Source of the DNA: Lama glama
Lineage: Eukaryota
NCBI GenBank assembly: GCA_028534125.1
Contig: CM052817.1
Coordinates: 108,626,001-108,690,000, forward strand
Direction of reading: 5' to 3'
Length of the DNA stretch: 64,000 nt
The notes under the pieces were generated by a model. That model was not told where the DNA came from. It ran no database searches and saw nothing but the letters and a program-made list of their open reading frames with translations. The position numbers were made by a program, and so were the translations under genes. Shown here in pieces: positions 35,981 to 50,033 of this stretch (the stretch's first letter is position 1; the number at the start of each line of letters is the position of its first letter).

Positions 35981-38559
35981 CTTACTATAGCTTCTCTGCA
36001 TACCTTTCTCTTGTTTTAAAAATCTGTTTCTCCCCCAACATCACTCTATCTCCATTTCAGTAGATACAGTGACTCTTTTCTAATGTGAATACTTTGTAAT
36101 ATTCTCTTTACATTCCTGAAATAAGGCAGAGATAATAAATCTAACTACAGGAATAATTTTTTTAAAAAAATCAATGCAATGGTCAAACATATAAAGCAGA
36201 AATACAAGGAAATAAATGCATAATAAATTAATATATGTAATAACATGTAAATGTTCAGACTCTAAGCCTGTATGAAATATAATGGAGTCTAATATTTGCT
36301 CCTAAGGTTAGAATCACTGTGCTAGTGCCAGTTGCAAATGTAGGCAGAAAGGGATGTTTTATGTTTATGGGCATATTGAGAGTGATGTTCCCAAGTGGTT
36401 TCCAACATGCTAAACAATTCTTGATAAAACTCCTACAAAAACATATATACATTCATACAGACGTGGTTTATTGGCAGGTGGACCAACAGCTCTAAGGGTC
36501 AGAAGGCAGCAGAGTTGGACTGAGAAGGGGACTCTGGCTCTGATGTGGTCACAGTAAAAGCCTCAAACAAACTTCCTGGGAGCCCTGGCCCTGGGGTGCC
36601 CTTCCCAGCTGTCCTGAGTGAGGCCCAGGGGCTGAGCCTTTCCTGCCCTGTGTCAGGAGTCTCTGTCCTGAGGGCTGCATCTGGGTTCCCCCGCACAGCG
36701 CCCACCAACACAGATGCAGACAGATACCCCTCCAGTCGTCCGCCCAGACGGGGATGGACCCACACCTGCTGCTCACACGGCTCTCAGTTGCAGTCTGCAG
36801 GGAGGGAATGCAGACTGGATGGGTCTCTGGGACAATCCGTCTAAGTGAGTTCCCCTTGGATGGGGAGGGAAAGAAATGCTGGCCAATAAAATTCGTGCGC
36901 GGTCTGATGGACATTCAGAAAATAGTTTAGGAAACGCAAACTATCTTCGCAATTTGCTTGAGGAGTCATGACCTGTATCCACAGAGTGAGCCGTAACCAC
37001 AGCTCTGAGAACACAGGGGATGGAAGTAGGCGCTGGGCGCCATGTGCAAAGTTGGTTTCTACACCAGTCACATCGTAACAGCACACTGGTGTTAAATCCA
37101 CAGCCGTCAAAGCATGTTTTACCCATCCCGGATAAAAACGATCTCTAATTTAAAATTGTCCCTTTGGGGCTTGCCCTTTAAAACACACTAGGGCATGTGT
37201 TTGCTTCTATGAAAATGTAAAGCAAAATGTTTGTTTAAAATACGTTCTAATTCCCTGCACCATCACTTTGAGCAGTAAGTGCACATTCCTTCCAGCACAA
37301 AAGCCATGAACAAGACTCGTTGCATAAATATTTTGCTCTGTGGCACCCGCAGTAACAAATCACAGCTATAAAAACAACACTCAATCACGGTGCCAGAGTT
37401 TGGATTCTCTCTTAAACATGGTAGGTGAGGCTTCAAGGATGTAAACATGGAAGGATTCCCTGAGTGGTGTCTGGGAAGGTATACCTAAGTCCTTGCCTTC
37501 TTCAGTCTCCTTATTCAGGAGGGAAAAAAGAGAGGCAAGGATATGACCCACGTTCACATGCACACCCAAGGGGGCCCCTGTGCACTGGGAGTGGCCCGGC
37601 CTCCCTCCGTTCTGAGTGCTCCCTGGGGCTGTGTGTCCATGCGGGGTCTTGTCTGCAAACCACAGAATCCTTGTTGACCCCAGTAAGCAGAGAAAAATGG
37701 AAGGAATTGACCTCTTTTCCCCTCTTCTAGCCAGTGTTACCAGTTCTAACAAATGTGTATTTGAATTATTAACAATGGTACTTATTTTAATTATATTTGT
37801 GATATTAGAGCAACTGTTGAACGCAAAATCTAAGGGGTAAAATATTCAAAGTATTCCCTTCCGCAGACAAGATGCTTTATTTATTTGTTTATCTAAGTCA
37901 CGTTTTTTTCCTAGATGAATAGTAACTTGATCATTGTTACTGTAAACACATTATGTAACAAATGTTTTATGTTTTAGTGGGTTAATTGCAAATGAAATAT
38001 TTTTAACGTGTTGTATTTTTGTTACATTTTCTGTTTTCTGTCAACATTGTTTTGATGTTTCTTTTGTTTTATAAAATTAGACATAAAAAATGAAAAAAGA
38101 AAAATTAAAGAATGCAATTCTGTCTAATTAACCATGAATCATTATCAATTTGCCCTTTCTTTTATTTTTATCTCTCCCTCCTCTCAGCCTCCTTCCCTCC
38201 CTTCCTTCCTCCCTCTCTTCCATCTTCCTTCCCTGTGTCGGTTAGCCCTTCAACAAAGAGTCATTGGTCACCCGCTATGTACTGGCCAGTGATGCCTATG
38301 CCGGGAAACACGCAAATCATTCATTGCTACAGGTCTAAATGGCCTCTCGTTCTATTGGCAGAGATGTTCCTCTGTAATGTAATATTCCGCCATGTAGTGA
38401 ACATCTATTATTTACTCCCCAGAAGAGTCCCCCCCTTCTTTATGGTAAGAGTGTCTTGACTTTATTTTGGGAACATTCCTTTCTCATTTAAATTTTAAGG
38501 TTTGGTTGGGAGTGATGTCAACCACACAGCCAAGGACGGACCCTGCTTATTCTGTTTCC

Positions 38560-38908
38560 CCAGCAACAGCAATTGGCATGGAACCGAGCTAAGGGTGAAA
38601 TTAACCGAGGGAGGAAACCCGGGGCTTGGTGGCGGCCATGGTGACGCTGCTTACAGACTGAGTCCAGACGAGGTTTGCCGGGAGCCACAGCTGTGAGTGA
38701 CTTTCCCTCTGTCACAATGACCAGCAGCCCCAGAGATCACCATGGTTCCATCACGTGCTCCCTCAGCAAGATGCTTGGGAAGGATGGCGCCAGCCAACCC
38801 ACTGCGTCTTGCACCATGAACCAGAGAGGAGGATTTGTAGCTTTGGGCCAGTGAGATTTTGGGATTGCTTATAACAGCAACATAACCTAGCCTGTCCCGA
38901 CCGATACA
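38560..38908 (+). mobile_element. MaLR (MLT1-type) LTR
   Basis: Terminus ccagtgagattttgggattgcttataacagcaacataacctagcctgtcccgaccgataca is characteristic of old MLT1 LTRs. Confidence 0.7.
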
Positions 38909-39095
38909 AGGTATTGAGTAGAGACTAACGAGATTGCAGAGGAACAGGAACCAAAAGGGCATTTGCAAAGGCACATTCTAATTAACAGAGTTCTTACAGA
39001 GTACAAAATTATTGTTTTCTAGGTACATTGGCCAGTGTCATTAACATCTATACTATATTTATGAACTTTTACACATGTGTTGCCATAGGACTTAA

Positions 39096-39195
39096 NNNNN
39101 NNNNNNNNNNNNNNNNNNNNNNNNNNNNNNNNNNNNNNNNNNNNNNNNNNNNNNNNNNNNNNNNNNNNNNNNNNNNNNNNNNNNNNNNNNNNNNN
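39096..39195. other. Assembly gap (100 N)
   Basis: Run of exactly 100 N. Confidence 1.
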
Positions 39196-39255
39196 TGCCA
39201 CAAATTTTTTTTGACCTTAAGATCTTTATTTATTTATTTTTTTCTAGCCGGTTAG

Positions 39256-39340
39256 TTTTTTTTTTTCTTTTTTTTTTTTTAATGGAGATACTGGGGATTG
39301 AACACGTGCTCTACCACTGAGCTATCACTCCCACCCACCC
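39256..39340 (-). mobile_element. tRNA-derived SINE with an internal deletion
   Basis: Poly(T) then aatggagatactggggattgaac|acgtgctctaccactgagctat. It lacks about 23 nt (anticodon region) present in the other copies. Confidence 0.85.
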
Positions 39341-39404
39341 AGAGCCACTTAGCTCTGATTTAGCTTCTCTTGTCTGACTTTGCACTTAAAATTAAAAAAA
39401 AAAC

Positions 39405-42045
39405 TTTTTATTTTAAAATAATTGTACATGTACAGCAATTAACAAAAATAGTAGAGAGAGGTCCCATATACACTTTTCCCAGTTTCTCCCAATGGTTACA
39501 TCTTACATAATTAGAATTTGATATAAAACCAGAAAACTAGCATTGTCACAATGATGAGTACAGAGTCTGATGTCACTTTATTAGGTGTGGAGACCCATGT
39601 GATGTGTTGCAGCCAAGGTACAGAACTGTTTCGTCACCTCAAGATCTCTCTGGTGCTGCCTTTTATGCTCATGGGACCACTTCCTCTCCATTATATCCCT
39701 GCTCCTGGCATCAGTATAATCTGTTTCCCATCAGTATAATCTTGATGTTTGGAGATATATAGTGTTTTTGAGCACATTTCTTTGCATAGGTTTTTTTTAG
39801 TGGTTGCTCTAAGTTTCTTTTTTGTTTTGTTTGTTTTGTTTTGTTTTTGTTCATTTTGTTCTAGGTTACTCTAGGTTATAGCTAACTTATCATGGTCTAT
39901 CGGTATCAACATTTTGTCAGTTCAAGTTAAGCGTAGACACCTACTTGTCTTTATAATATGTTTACTTCTGCCATTTATAATAGTTTTAAGTATGCCTTCT
40001 ACATACATTGAGACCATAGTAGACAGTGTTAAACTTTTGCTTCAACCATCAAATATAAATTAGAAAACTCAAGAGAATATCATACTTTGGGGGCGGGGTG
40101 TGGCTCAGTGGTGGAGCACGTGCTTAGCATGCACAAGATCTCAGGTTCAATCCCCAGCACCTCCATTAGAAACCAACCAACCAACCAACCTAATCCCCAC
40201 CCCCAAAAGAAAAAGAGAATGTCATACTTTCATTCCCTCTGTTGTTCTTTCTTTCTTCCTGGTTTTCCAAGATTTCTATTTTTATCATTTTATAGCTAGC
40301 GAGGGCGTGTCCTTGAGGCACTCTTTTAGGGTAGGTGCACTGTTGACAGTTTTAGTTTTAGTGCGTAGTTTTCTTTCGTAGGAAAATGTCCTGGTTTTCC
40401 CCTCATTTCTGAAGGGGCATTTTCCCTTAGATATGGAATTCTTATTGGCAGTTCTTTTCTTTCAGTGCTTGAAAAATGCACTACTTCCTCCTGCTTCCTA
40501 CTTCCATATGAGGAATCTGTTATCATTCAAATTGGTTTTGCTCTGTAGGTCAGTGTGTCCTTGCTCTCTGACTACTTTTAAGACTTGTTCTTTGTCTTTA
40601 GTTTTCAGAAGTTTGACTATATGTCTTGATATGGGTTTCTTTGGGTTTATCTTGTTCAGTGTTTTTTTGGCTTCTTGACTCTGTAGGCTTATGTCTTTGG
40701 AGAAATTTAGAAAGTTCTCAGCCATTTTTTATGTGAATCCTTTTTCAACTCTATCCTCTTTATCCTTTGCTTCAGGGACTCAGATGACATAGAAGTTAGA
40801 ATTTTTGTTAGTGTCTGCCATGACCCAGTTCTTTTCTTGTTGCTCAGATTGGGTGATTTCTGTTGTTCTCTTGAGGGTTTTTATTTCAGTTTTTGTATTT
40901 TTCAATGCTAACATTTCAGTTCAATTCTTCCTTATATTTTCTATTTCTTTGTTAAAACTTTCTGTTTTTTAAATTTGTTTCAAGTGTGTTCATGACTGGT
41001 TATGTATCTACTTTTATGTTGGCTGTTTGAATTTCCTGTCAGACAATTCTAACAACTGAGTGTTAGTGTCTGTTGATTACCTCATTCAAGTTGAGGATTT
41101 CCGAGTTCTTGGTAAGATGAGTGATTTTTTGATTGAAATCTGAAATCTGGATATTTTTGGTATAATGTTAAGAGTGTTACAATCGTGTACTTTAGCAGAC
41201 CTCTCCTGACACCTCTTGAGCATGAAGAAAGCACCACTTCATGACTGTCAGGTGGGAGTGTAAGTCTAGGTCCTCCGTCTGCCTCCACTGACACCTAGGG
41301 AGGCTGGGGCTCCTTCTACTCCTGGGAGGGGGTGAGAATTAACCTTTCCCATTGGGTTTTCATTTGCAACACCCTGGCTGAGAGGAAGAGGGAGCTCCAT
41401 TACCACTATTCACATGGTCTGTCCCCCACCCCCACGTCGTGGAGGGTGGCTCCATCACTGCTGAGTTGTGGGCAGTTCTGAGTCCACTGGGCCTCCTGTA
41501 CCTCCCTAGTGAGGATGAGGAGAGCCTCATTACTGCTGGTGGGTGAAGTCCAGTCTCCCTCTTCAGCTTTCTCTGATACCACACAAGGGAGGAAGGGTGT
41601 CTTGTGAGTGTCTGGTGAGGGCGGGAGTCCACGCTTTCGACCTGGACTGCAATGACAGGGATGGGGATGGACCACAGCTTTTTCTCTGGCTTTGGCTGAA
41701 GCAGAGTGGGTATGCTCTCTGTCTTTCTAGGATGGCCCTTTCCAACTCCTTTAGTGAGAGAGCAGCCTTTTCTTGGGCTTTTTTCATCTGACCCTGTTGG
41801 CATTTCCATGCTGTCTGCTTCTCCAGGACTGCATAAACTATGTCTGAGGGATTCCAGGCAAAAAGAGAATCCAGGGTACCCACCTCTGTGTCCTTCCTTC
41901 TTCACATCCTGAGGTGCCTATCTGCTTTGCCTTCTCTCCACCTTTCAGAGTATTCTGTTTATTTTGTATATAATATCCCAGGTTATTACTTAGTGAGAGG
42001 AATAGAGAAATTATATGTACTCCATCCTTCCCAAGGCTGAAGTCC
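39405..42045 (-). mobile_element. Old L1M element(s): 3' UTR, ORF1 remnant and probable 5' region
   Basis: L1MC-like 3' end at 39405-39750. Minus-strand translation MAENFLNFSKDISLQSQEAKKTLNKINPKKPISRHIVKLLKTKDKEQVLKVVRE (40498-40725) is the L1 ORF1p RRM region. The extent beyond about 41200 is less certain. Confidence 0.75.
40089..40212 (+). mobile_element. tRNA-Ala-derived SINE nested in the old L1, with an 18-bp TSD
   Basis: ggggcggggtgtggctcagtggtggagcacgtgcttagcatgcac...ggttcaatccccagcacctcca. TSD aagagaat(a/g)tcatacttt at 40071-40088 and 40213-40230. Confidence 0.93.
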
Positions 42046-44214
42046 AGAAAAAAAATTTCAATTAAAATGATGATCTTAATGATTAATCATGATTACATAA
42101 ATATTGCTTTGTATTTTATGCCAATTACTATTAAAGTTTGAATAGTTATCTAATACAATTGTTATAAATTTGCAGAATCAATATAGATCATTCAGTCAAA
42201 GATATCAGAGATACTGCTGTATAACACTTAATATTAATGTATTTGACTGGAAATAATTGATGGCCTCATTGGACACACCCCTATTTCTGGTAACATTTGA
42301 CTCTCTGTTTTCTAATACTCTCCTAAGAATGGTTTGTAAGGAGTCTAGCTTCATTCTATCTCACAGTGAGCTGACAATCTAGAAAATATCTCCTAAGTTT
42401 TCATCTAGAGTCCCGTCCAGAATTCTACTTTTCGGTGCAGTATAACTTATTTGACAAGTAATGCTTCTGGGTCTGCTGCAACTCTTTAGATGCGTGGACC
42501 TCTTTTCTTCTTTCCTTGCCTTTGGTTACTGTCTGTTGTGCTCATTTTCATATCCTAAATTTGTCTAAATTCGCCTTACAAATGAAGCATTTAAAGTGCA
42601 GTCTTTCAAAAGCTAAGCTCTAACCATGCCAAGAGTAAGCTGGCACTGTTCCGATGAGCGTGATGTTAGCACTTGGACAACTCAAGTCATGAAATGGAGA
42701 ATTATTTAAGGAACAAATGGAAACATTTGTCACAGTATTAACCTATCTTTGGAGAAATTGGCTTCAGGCTACATTTGTAGACTGTTGTTTCTAGCATTCA
42801 TATAAGACTTCCTGGAACAAGTTTATACATTTGCATTTTTAAAAATTTTTGCTACCAGAGTGGGGTTGTCTTTGAGGGAATTCAGACTTTTAATTTGCTA
42901 GCAATCTGAGTCTATTTCCTTGTATTAATGTTACAGTAAGTGGTGTGCCAGAGACTAAGCTCGCTGAAGATCTCTTGATAAAGTGCACACGTTGGAAAAG
43001 GAAGAAGCGCACTGTATTTGGTGGGGGTGAGGAAGATAGGAACAAATCCAACCATCTGTATCCTGAAAAGTATTTCAATAAGAAATTATTTCACTTGTTA
43101 CAGGATTCCCTTAATCTATGGTTGCCAGTTCTTTAGTGAGTTAATATAAGATCCTAACTAAATACTATCTCCCACTAATGCACCAAATATAGAGTGGTGT
43201 CCAGTGATGGGCAAAGCATTGCATTGTTAATTGTAGGGGAGGGGCAAGGACATAAGGATGTGGAGGAAATGGCCCACCATCCCTCACTGCTCTCAAGGAA
43301 ATGCTATATTTGGCTTAAGAGGCAAGATATACATGCATGACAATGATGATCAATGGAACTTTATAAATGTCAAATAAACTGTAAAGCCAAAGGTGGGAAG
43401 CCTGCTGGATGAGACAGGAAGACTCCTCGGAGGACACTGATGTGCATGGGAGGTGAGGTGGCTGAGGGGTGGAGAGGAAGCGACACAGGACACATCAGGT
43501 CTGGGTCTCAACACGAAACCTGGGAGCTGGGTGGAGGAAACTGTGATGTCGGGGGCGGGGCACGTAAGAAGAGGAGTTTGGTACAGGGAAAGGAGGAAGA
43601 GAAAAGTGACTCGGAGCAGATTCCACACGTTGACAGCTTGGAGGTTTGGTGGAGGAGTTTCTCCATTGTCCAGAGACCGCAAGAACTCTTGGCGAGTTCA
43701 GATACAAGGCAGATACATGATCCAAGTGTTATTTAGGAGGTCACACTCTGCAGAGGTGCGATTCCACACGTTGAAAAAGTCAGACAAGGGCAGATGCGCT
43801 GGTTGAAGGTTAAGATGAAAGAATCAGTTTCAAACCCATCAAGTCCAGTGATCACAGCAGAGATAGAGGGAAAGGATGATTGTGAAATAAATGGCAGAGA
43901 TCTAGGTTCCTGATCGTACGTAGTGGAGTGACTAGGAGTCAGGAGTCATCAGCAAGGACTCTGAGCCTCACTTGTTGGTACTGTTGGAAATCAATCTGTA
44001 GATTGTTTAAATTGATGAAAAAAAAGGAGATTACATTCATGGGATACTTATTCTAGAAGTCATCAAAGGAAAGAAGTAAGGCGATGATAAGAGACTGTGG
44101 AGGTCAGTGAGTGTCCCTGTTGGTATACGGAGGGGGTCAAACAAAGCAGAGAGGAGGGAGCTGTTGGAGAGGATTCGTTGAAGATACTGAATAGACACTG
44201 TGGAGTGAGGGTAA

Positions 44215-44358
44215 GTCCTGATTTATCCCTCCCCTCCCCACCCCTTTGATAACCGTAAGTTCGTTTTCTATGTCCATGAATCTGTTTCTGTTTTGTGAAT
44301 AAGTTCATTTGTGTCACAATGTAGATTCCACATATAAGTGGCATCATATATTTGTCTG
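44215..44358 (-). mobile_element. Internal L1 3' UTR fragment
   Basis: atttatccctcccctcccc...taaccgtaagttcgttttctatgtccatgaatctgtttctgttttgtgaataagttcatt, homologous to 2490-2640. Confidence 0.85.
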
Positions 44359-45364
44359 TAGGGGAAGACGTGAACGTGGTACCTCTCCAACGGCCATCTC
44401 TGCTCTCCACCCATCCATTTGACCTCCACCAAGACATTGACCTTGCATCTCTTGGATTCCTCCTCCTCACTCCACAAAAATTTTAAGTGAAAAGCAAGCA
44501 AACATGATTCTAAAAGAAAATATTGATCAAAGATACTTCAAATATTTTTCTTCTACCCATATTTACACCAGAGTAATTTGGAATTAATACACAGCAACTC
44601 TGTAATAGAAGCTGTTTAGCTTGTTGTTACCCAGTTAATTTCAGGCATTTCAGGGGTGAAACTTCAAAGTTCTGTGGTCTCTGTCATAAATCCACCGCAG
44701 GGCTGCTGCTATGCCGTTGAAATTTGGGGAAACACTCGGGAACACAGCCCATCTGGAGTAGTTGAATAGCAGTTCCCATGGTAAGAAAGAAAATGACCTA
44801 AATGACCTCATTAATTTCAACTTTCCACGATGCCCTAATTGCGTTGCCCAAGAAAAATGCCACATTTTATTTCATCCACAGTCTGTGAGGCTGGATATCA
44901 TTACCATTCTTTGCATATGTGTGTCCATTCCAGCACTATCTCAGCTCTCACCGTAACATCTCGTTCCTTTCCTTAGTGCAGAGTCTGCCAGGCCTTGCTA
45001 ACTCTCCGGTACATCTGAGAAGTTTAAAAAAATTCCGCTAGAAGGAAAGGATTCTCTGTAAAATTCTGTAGCAGTTTCAGCAATGGAAACACACCTGCCT
45101 TGCAGAGAATTAAGAATGGAGGGCAATGTGGTTGTGTGTTCTCAGATGTTGAGCGATACATTTTTTCTCCAAAGGATATGATTCTAAATTATCAGTGGGA
45201 CCCTGCTTTCCTGGATACTTTTTTTAAAACAAATAAACCTGCTGTGGAGTGACATCAGCACCACTGAGAAGCCCGGTAGAGTCTGTCCTGAGCCAGGCCA
45301 GGGCTGAATGTATGATGTGCTGTCACAGAACTGGGCTCCTTTCCTGACAGTGGGATTCCAGAAT

Positions 45365-47212
45365 ATGATAAAGGGGCCGGGTGACAGTGCGAGGTGTGTG
45401 CAGTGATCACCCTCGGGGCCAAGGGGGCTCAAGCTTCAGAGAGGAGTAGGGATGGTGTTCCTGGAGACAAGACTGAAAGGCAGTCAACAAGGATACTTTC
45501 GAACATATTGAATAAAAAAAAAAATTGAGAATGGTTAAGCAGGAGACTGAAGAGGTGCCCCAGTAAAAAATTGTGGTTCCTCAGCCAGTTCCTGTACCTG
45601 GCCCAGTCCTCACACCCGGAGCCCATCCACAGAGGGAGGAGCCGGGCTCCCAGGAGGAAGGACCCTGCAACCCCTGAACTCTGCAACACCACCGCGAGCC
45701 CACTCGCTGGCAGCTCCCCCATCCTTCCCTAAAGTGAATTATGCACGTTAACGCATGCCAGCGTGCATTGGGCAGACAGGTACTCAGACCTTCAGAGACC
45801 CATCACAGAGAGTCAATTATTATTGTTAGCCGGACACCCAAAGTACTGACACGGCCCTCCCGGTAGCGTGGCTGCAGGTGGCGGGCAGGTAGTCAGTGGA
45901 ATCGTGGCTCAGGTCTGGTCCACAGTGGGCAGACTCGGTAATTGGCAGAACCCTCAGTCGTTTCCTGGTCTTCAGGGTGAGAGCTGCTGTAGTGGGAAGA
46001 CCAAGTCGAAGCTTCTGAAATCACCTCCTTCTCTCCAAGTCAGTCCATCAACCCTGCACCTTGGGAGTGAGGGTTGGAGCCTCGTGTCCTGCTCACGGGA
46101 CTCAAGGAGGTCTCCATCCTGTTCCCATTAAGTTAGCCAGCCTGGTCTTTACAGAAATGTGACGGATCATGACGGATAATGGTGGAACTCTACAACTTAA
46201 TCAAGTAGGAGCCACACTGGTAGTTGCCAGGCTGAATGCGGTGTCTTTGCTGGTCCAGATGAAGGCAAATCCTGACCTGTGATACGCTGTCTCTGATCTG
46301 GGGAATGTGTGCATCTTCATCCACATCAATAAAGAGCATTGGGAATTGCTCACACTTACTCGGGACAGATACGTGATGGGTGGCCAGGTCTGTTACGTCT
46401 CCTGCTGTCATCTGGTCCCCAGGAGCCTGGACCGGTCACTCTGTGACACTGGTCTGATGTAACGACAGCCTCGTGCTTGCAGGACCAGAGGAGCACACGG
46501 TGTGCACTGTGTGAAGACCTGCACACTCCACAGGGTGAGAGACAGGTTGAGGGACCCGTTGCATTGATGAAGTGTGCAGGGGCCTGTGGCCTAGAGGATT
46601 CTAGGATGTCCCTTCCAAACTAAAGGACAGATTCCAGCCTATCTCGCCGCTTACCACTAAGAAACGCAATTCTTGGTAGATTTTTGTCCGGTTCTGCTGA
46701 CAGCATAGTCTACATTTGGAAACCCACTTCTAACCTATACACTGGTTGTACAAAAAGCTGCCAGCTTTGAGCAGGGGCCCAGGCAGGAGAGAGCTCGGTG
46801 GCAGACCCAGGAGCTGCAGGAGAGGATACAGCGTTCAGAAAAGCAGCATTTGGAACGTTATCGGTCCTTGGTAGAGACCTGACCGTGGAACATCAAGTGA
46901 CCAGGCTCATGCAGTCAAAGATGCTCATGTTGAGCAAGATCCCGCTGACCCACCAAGTCATAAGGTCAGGCAAGGCCAGCAGTGATCGGGCTTGAGTCAG
47001 AAGTGACTCCACAGAGCCCGAGCACAAGCAGGACCGGATGGCACAGGTAAGCAAAGCAAGCAGGTGGCACAAAGCCCCTCCCCCCACCCATCACCTCTCC
47101 CCTCTGCTTTCTGCGGGCACTGGGGTCCCTCAGTGACTGTCTGATAGAGGGGAAGGCTGGCTTGGCTCATTCATCGGTTTGCTCAGCATATCAGTGGCAG
47201 CTGAGGAGGGCC
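45365..47212 (+). mobile_element. ERV-L endogenous retrovirus internal region (gag end, protease, RT), heavily decayed and cut by a gap
   Basis: Colinear ERV-L motifs: cctcagccagttcctgtacctggcccagtcc...gaggaaggaccc; gtgcattggg; gctcaggtctggtccacagtggg; ttggcagaaccctca; RT-like ggtctttacagaaatgtgacggatcatgacggataatggtgga...cttaatcaagt (degenerate WPVQKTDGSWRMTVDYxKLNQV). No intact ORF. Confidence 0.8.
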
Positions 47213-47712
47213 NNNNNNNNNNNNNNNNNNNNNNNNNNNNNNNNNNNNNNNNNNNNNNNNNNNNNNNNNNNNNNNNNNNNNNNNNNNNNNNNNNNNNNNN
47301 NNNNNNNNNNNNNNNNNNNNNNNNNNNNNNNNNNNNNNNNNNNNNNNNNNNNNNNNNNNNNNNNNNNNNNNNNNNNNNNNNNNNNNNNNNNNNNNNNNNN
47401 NNNNNNNNNNNNNNNNNNNNNNNNNNNNNNNNNNNNNNNNNNNNNNNNNNNNNNNNNNNNNNNNNNNNNNNNNNNNNNNNNNNNNNNNNNNNNNNNNNNN
47501 NNNNNNNNNNNNNNNNNNNNNNNNNNNNNNNNNNNNNNNNNNNNNNNNNNNNNNNNNNNNNNNNNNNNNNNNNNNNNNNNNNNNNNNNNNNNNNNNNNNN
47601 NNNNNNNNNNNNNNNNNNNNNNNNNNNNNNNNNNNNNNNNNNNNNNNNNNNNNNNNNNNNNNNNNNNNNNNNNNNNNNNNNNNNNNNNNNNNNNNNNNNN
47701 NNNNNNNNNNNN
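47213..47712. other. Assembly gap (500 N)
   Basis: Run of exactly 500 N. Confidence 1.
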
Positions 47713-48349
47713 GAAACAAGTCTTCTTTTTGGACACTGAAAAGAGAGTAGTTATCTTGAGAGGAAAATTTATTCAGAAGAACCAGAATAGTATGTGTCTG
47801 CCTATGATTCACATTTAACTGCTGCCATTACATTTTGCTGTTCTTTTATTCAGAATGTATCATAGGGCTCCTATTTTAATTAGTCAGTTGTAATCACTTG
47901 TCATAAAAAAAAAACAAAATAACATATTTGATACAATGATCATTAATTATCTTATTGAAGGGAAATAAATCCCAAACATACCAGAATACACTGACTCTTC
48001 TCAGTATTTTAAAACATAGTTATCTCAATTTTCCATTAGAGGTTTTCATCCAATTGGACATAACGTAAAATTTGCTCTTTTGAATCATTCCTTTCTTTGT
48101 CTGTGAGGGACAGGGAAGGAATTTTTTAGAGGTCATGTTGCCTCTGGGTTTGTCACGGAAAGCTTTCCTTTGCCAACAGGAACAGCTTCGGTTGAATTAA
48201 GACCACTTATTGTGTTTACCAGGGAAAAGTGCACGTCTGTTCTCGTGTAAAAGAGAAGCTGAAAAAGGTATTTATTTCTTCTTGTTGTCACAGCAGTCTT
48301 TGGAATACTTTTAGTATTCAGTAGGACTTTACAAATGGCATTAAAACAA

Positions 48350-49400
48350 TGTAGTTAATTTAAGTCAACAGGTATTTACTGACTGCCTACTGAAGACCAC
48401 ACGCCCTTCTAGACTTGGAAGTTATACTGGAGAACAGAACAAATCCAGATGCCTGTGGAACTTTTATTCTAGTGAAGAAATACAGACTCTTACACCAGAT
48501 GGTGGTAAAAAGATGTTTGAAAAGTCAAGTAACAGCACAGAGTATGACAATGGAGGTGGAGGCATTCAGGTACGGGAGTCGGAGGACACCGCGCTGAGCG
48601 GAGGCATGAGTCAGTAGGGCAGGCATCTATCTGCTCATGGCTGGGATAAAGGATATTTCAGGCAGAGGGGGGCAGGTGAAAAGGCCCTGAGGCAGAAACA
48701 TGTCCGGCCTGTGTGAGGAGCAACAGGGATGGAGAAGAAGATCACACAGGGCCTGGGCATCTGTGGTGAAAACTCTTGCTTTCACTCAGGATGAAATAGA
48801 AATTTACAAGGTTTTAAGCTGAGGAGTGACCCAATCTCACTCAAGTTTTAAAATTCAAACTTTTCTGAAAATCAGACTGCTGTGAAAGGGAAAAACTCAT
48901 TAGGCAGCTATTGAACTATCTGCAGAGATAATAGGAGTAGGAATGACCTAATGCTGGATTTATTTTGATGGAAAAGCCAGAATGGTTGGCTGGTGGATTG
49001 CCTAGGAAAATGAGATTTTTTTAAAGAAATAAAGAATAACTCAAATTGTTTTGCCCAAGCAACCTATAGAATAAGCTTTTTCCCCCTTTTGATAAGGGAA
49101 GGCCATAAAATTAGTAGGTTAGGTGAAGACATGATCAGGTTAATTAGCGATATCTAGACACCCAATGGAAGATGACTCCTCAGTGGTTGGACAAAGGCAT
49201 TAGATCTTTCAAGTGATTACATTTGACTAATTAAAATAGGAGACGTATGATACATTCTGAATAAAAGGGGCTGGGCATAGACACCTGAGTCCCAGCCCAC
49301 AGGACAGGTTTATAGCCACAGGGCTGGATAAAGTCAGGAGGAGGTGTGTGGAGAGACAGAGAATCCAAAGGTAACTCTGAGCTGCAGGGATGTCATTAAT
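48350..49400 (-). mobile_element. LINE2 3' portion
   Basis: tcaacaggtatttactgactgcctact (L2 3' end, reversed), ttcaggcagagggg...aaaggccctgaggcagaaac and ggttttaagctgaggagtgac. Confidence 0.75.
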
Positions 49401-49924
49401 GAACGTGGTCCCAGGCAAAAGCTCCAAAGACAAGATTTCCCTATGGATTCAAATGCTCCATTCTTGTAGAATTGGTACCAAACAAATTAAACCTGGCACC
49501 ATCTTTCCATAAAGGTTCTCTCTTCCCACTGTGTGCCTAAAATACAGGTGGCTAAAAATCCTAAGATCTGGGGGTGTTGATTTATGGAAGCTTTTTTCAC
49601 AACCGAAAGGTTGATTGTGATAATGTCAGACAAGCAGAGAATGGTAAGTGGTTAAAAAAAAAAAAGAATCACAAAAGGCCAAGCCATGTAATACCCCCAA
49701 TAGCCATTCCTTTATTGATAATTACCAGCCAATAGCTCCTCATCTTTGAGATTCACCCACATAACCAATGATTTCCTTTCATTTCAATGCCTTCTGTAGT
49801 TCTAAACTGATTGAACAAATCTACTTGAAAGCCCTACAGGTGTGTGCATGTGTGTGTGTGTTTAATACAGTTCTGTTTTAATATAAACACCTCAAACACT
49901 GCTTTGTTTTGTTCAAAAGCATTG

Positions 49925-50033
49925 AATTTTTTATACATATACCACAACGTCTTTACCCAGTCATTGTGCTGCACACCAGAAATGGATACAACATTGTAAA
50001 CTGATTATACTTTAATAAAAATATATTTTTAAG
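49925..50033 (+). mobile_element. Micro L1 insertion with a 5' inversion and a 9-bp TSD
   Basis: Inverted piece tatacatataccacaacgtctttacccagtcat plus sense terminus tgtgctgcacaccagaaatggatacaacattgtaaactgattatactttaataaaa. TSD aaagcattg at 49916 and 50034. Confidence 0.75.

Noticed and set aside
40089..40166. Apparent tRNA-Ala(AGC) gene (and similar copies elsewhere)
   Set aside because: Flanked by a TSD, followed by a SINE tail, with stem mismatches. It is a SINE, not a tRNA gene.
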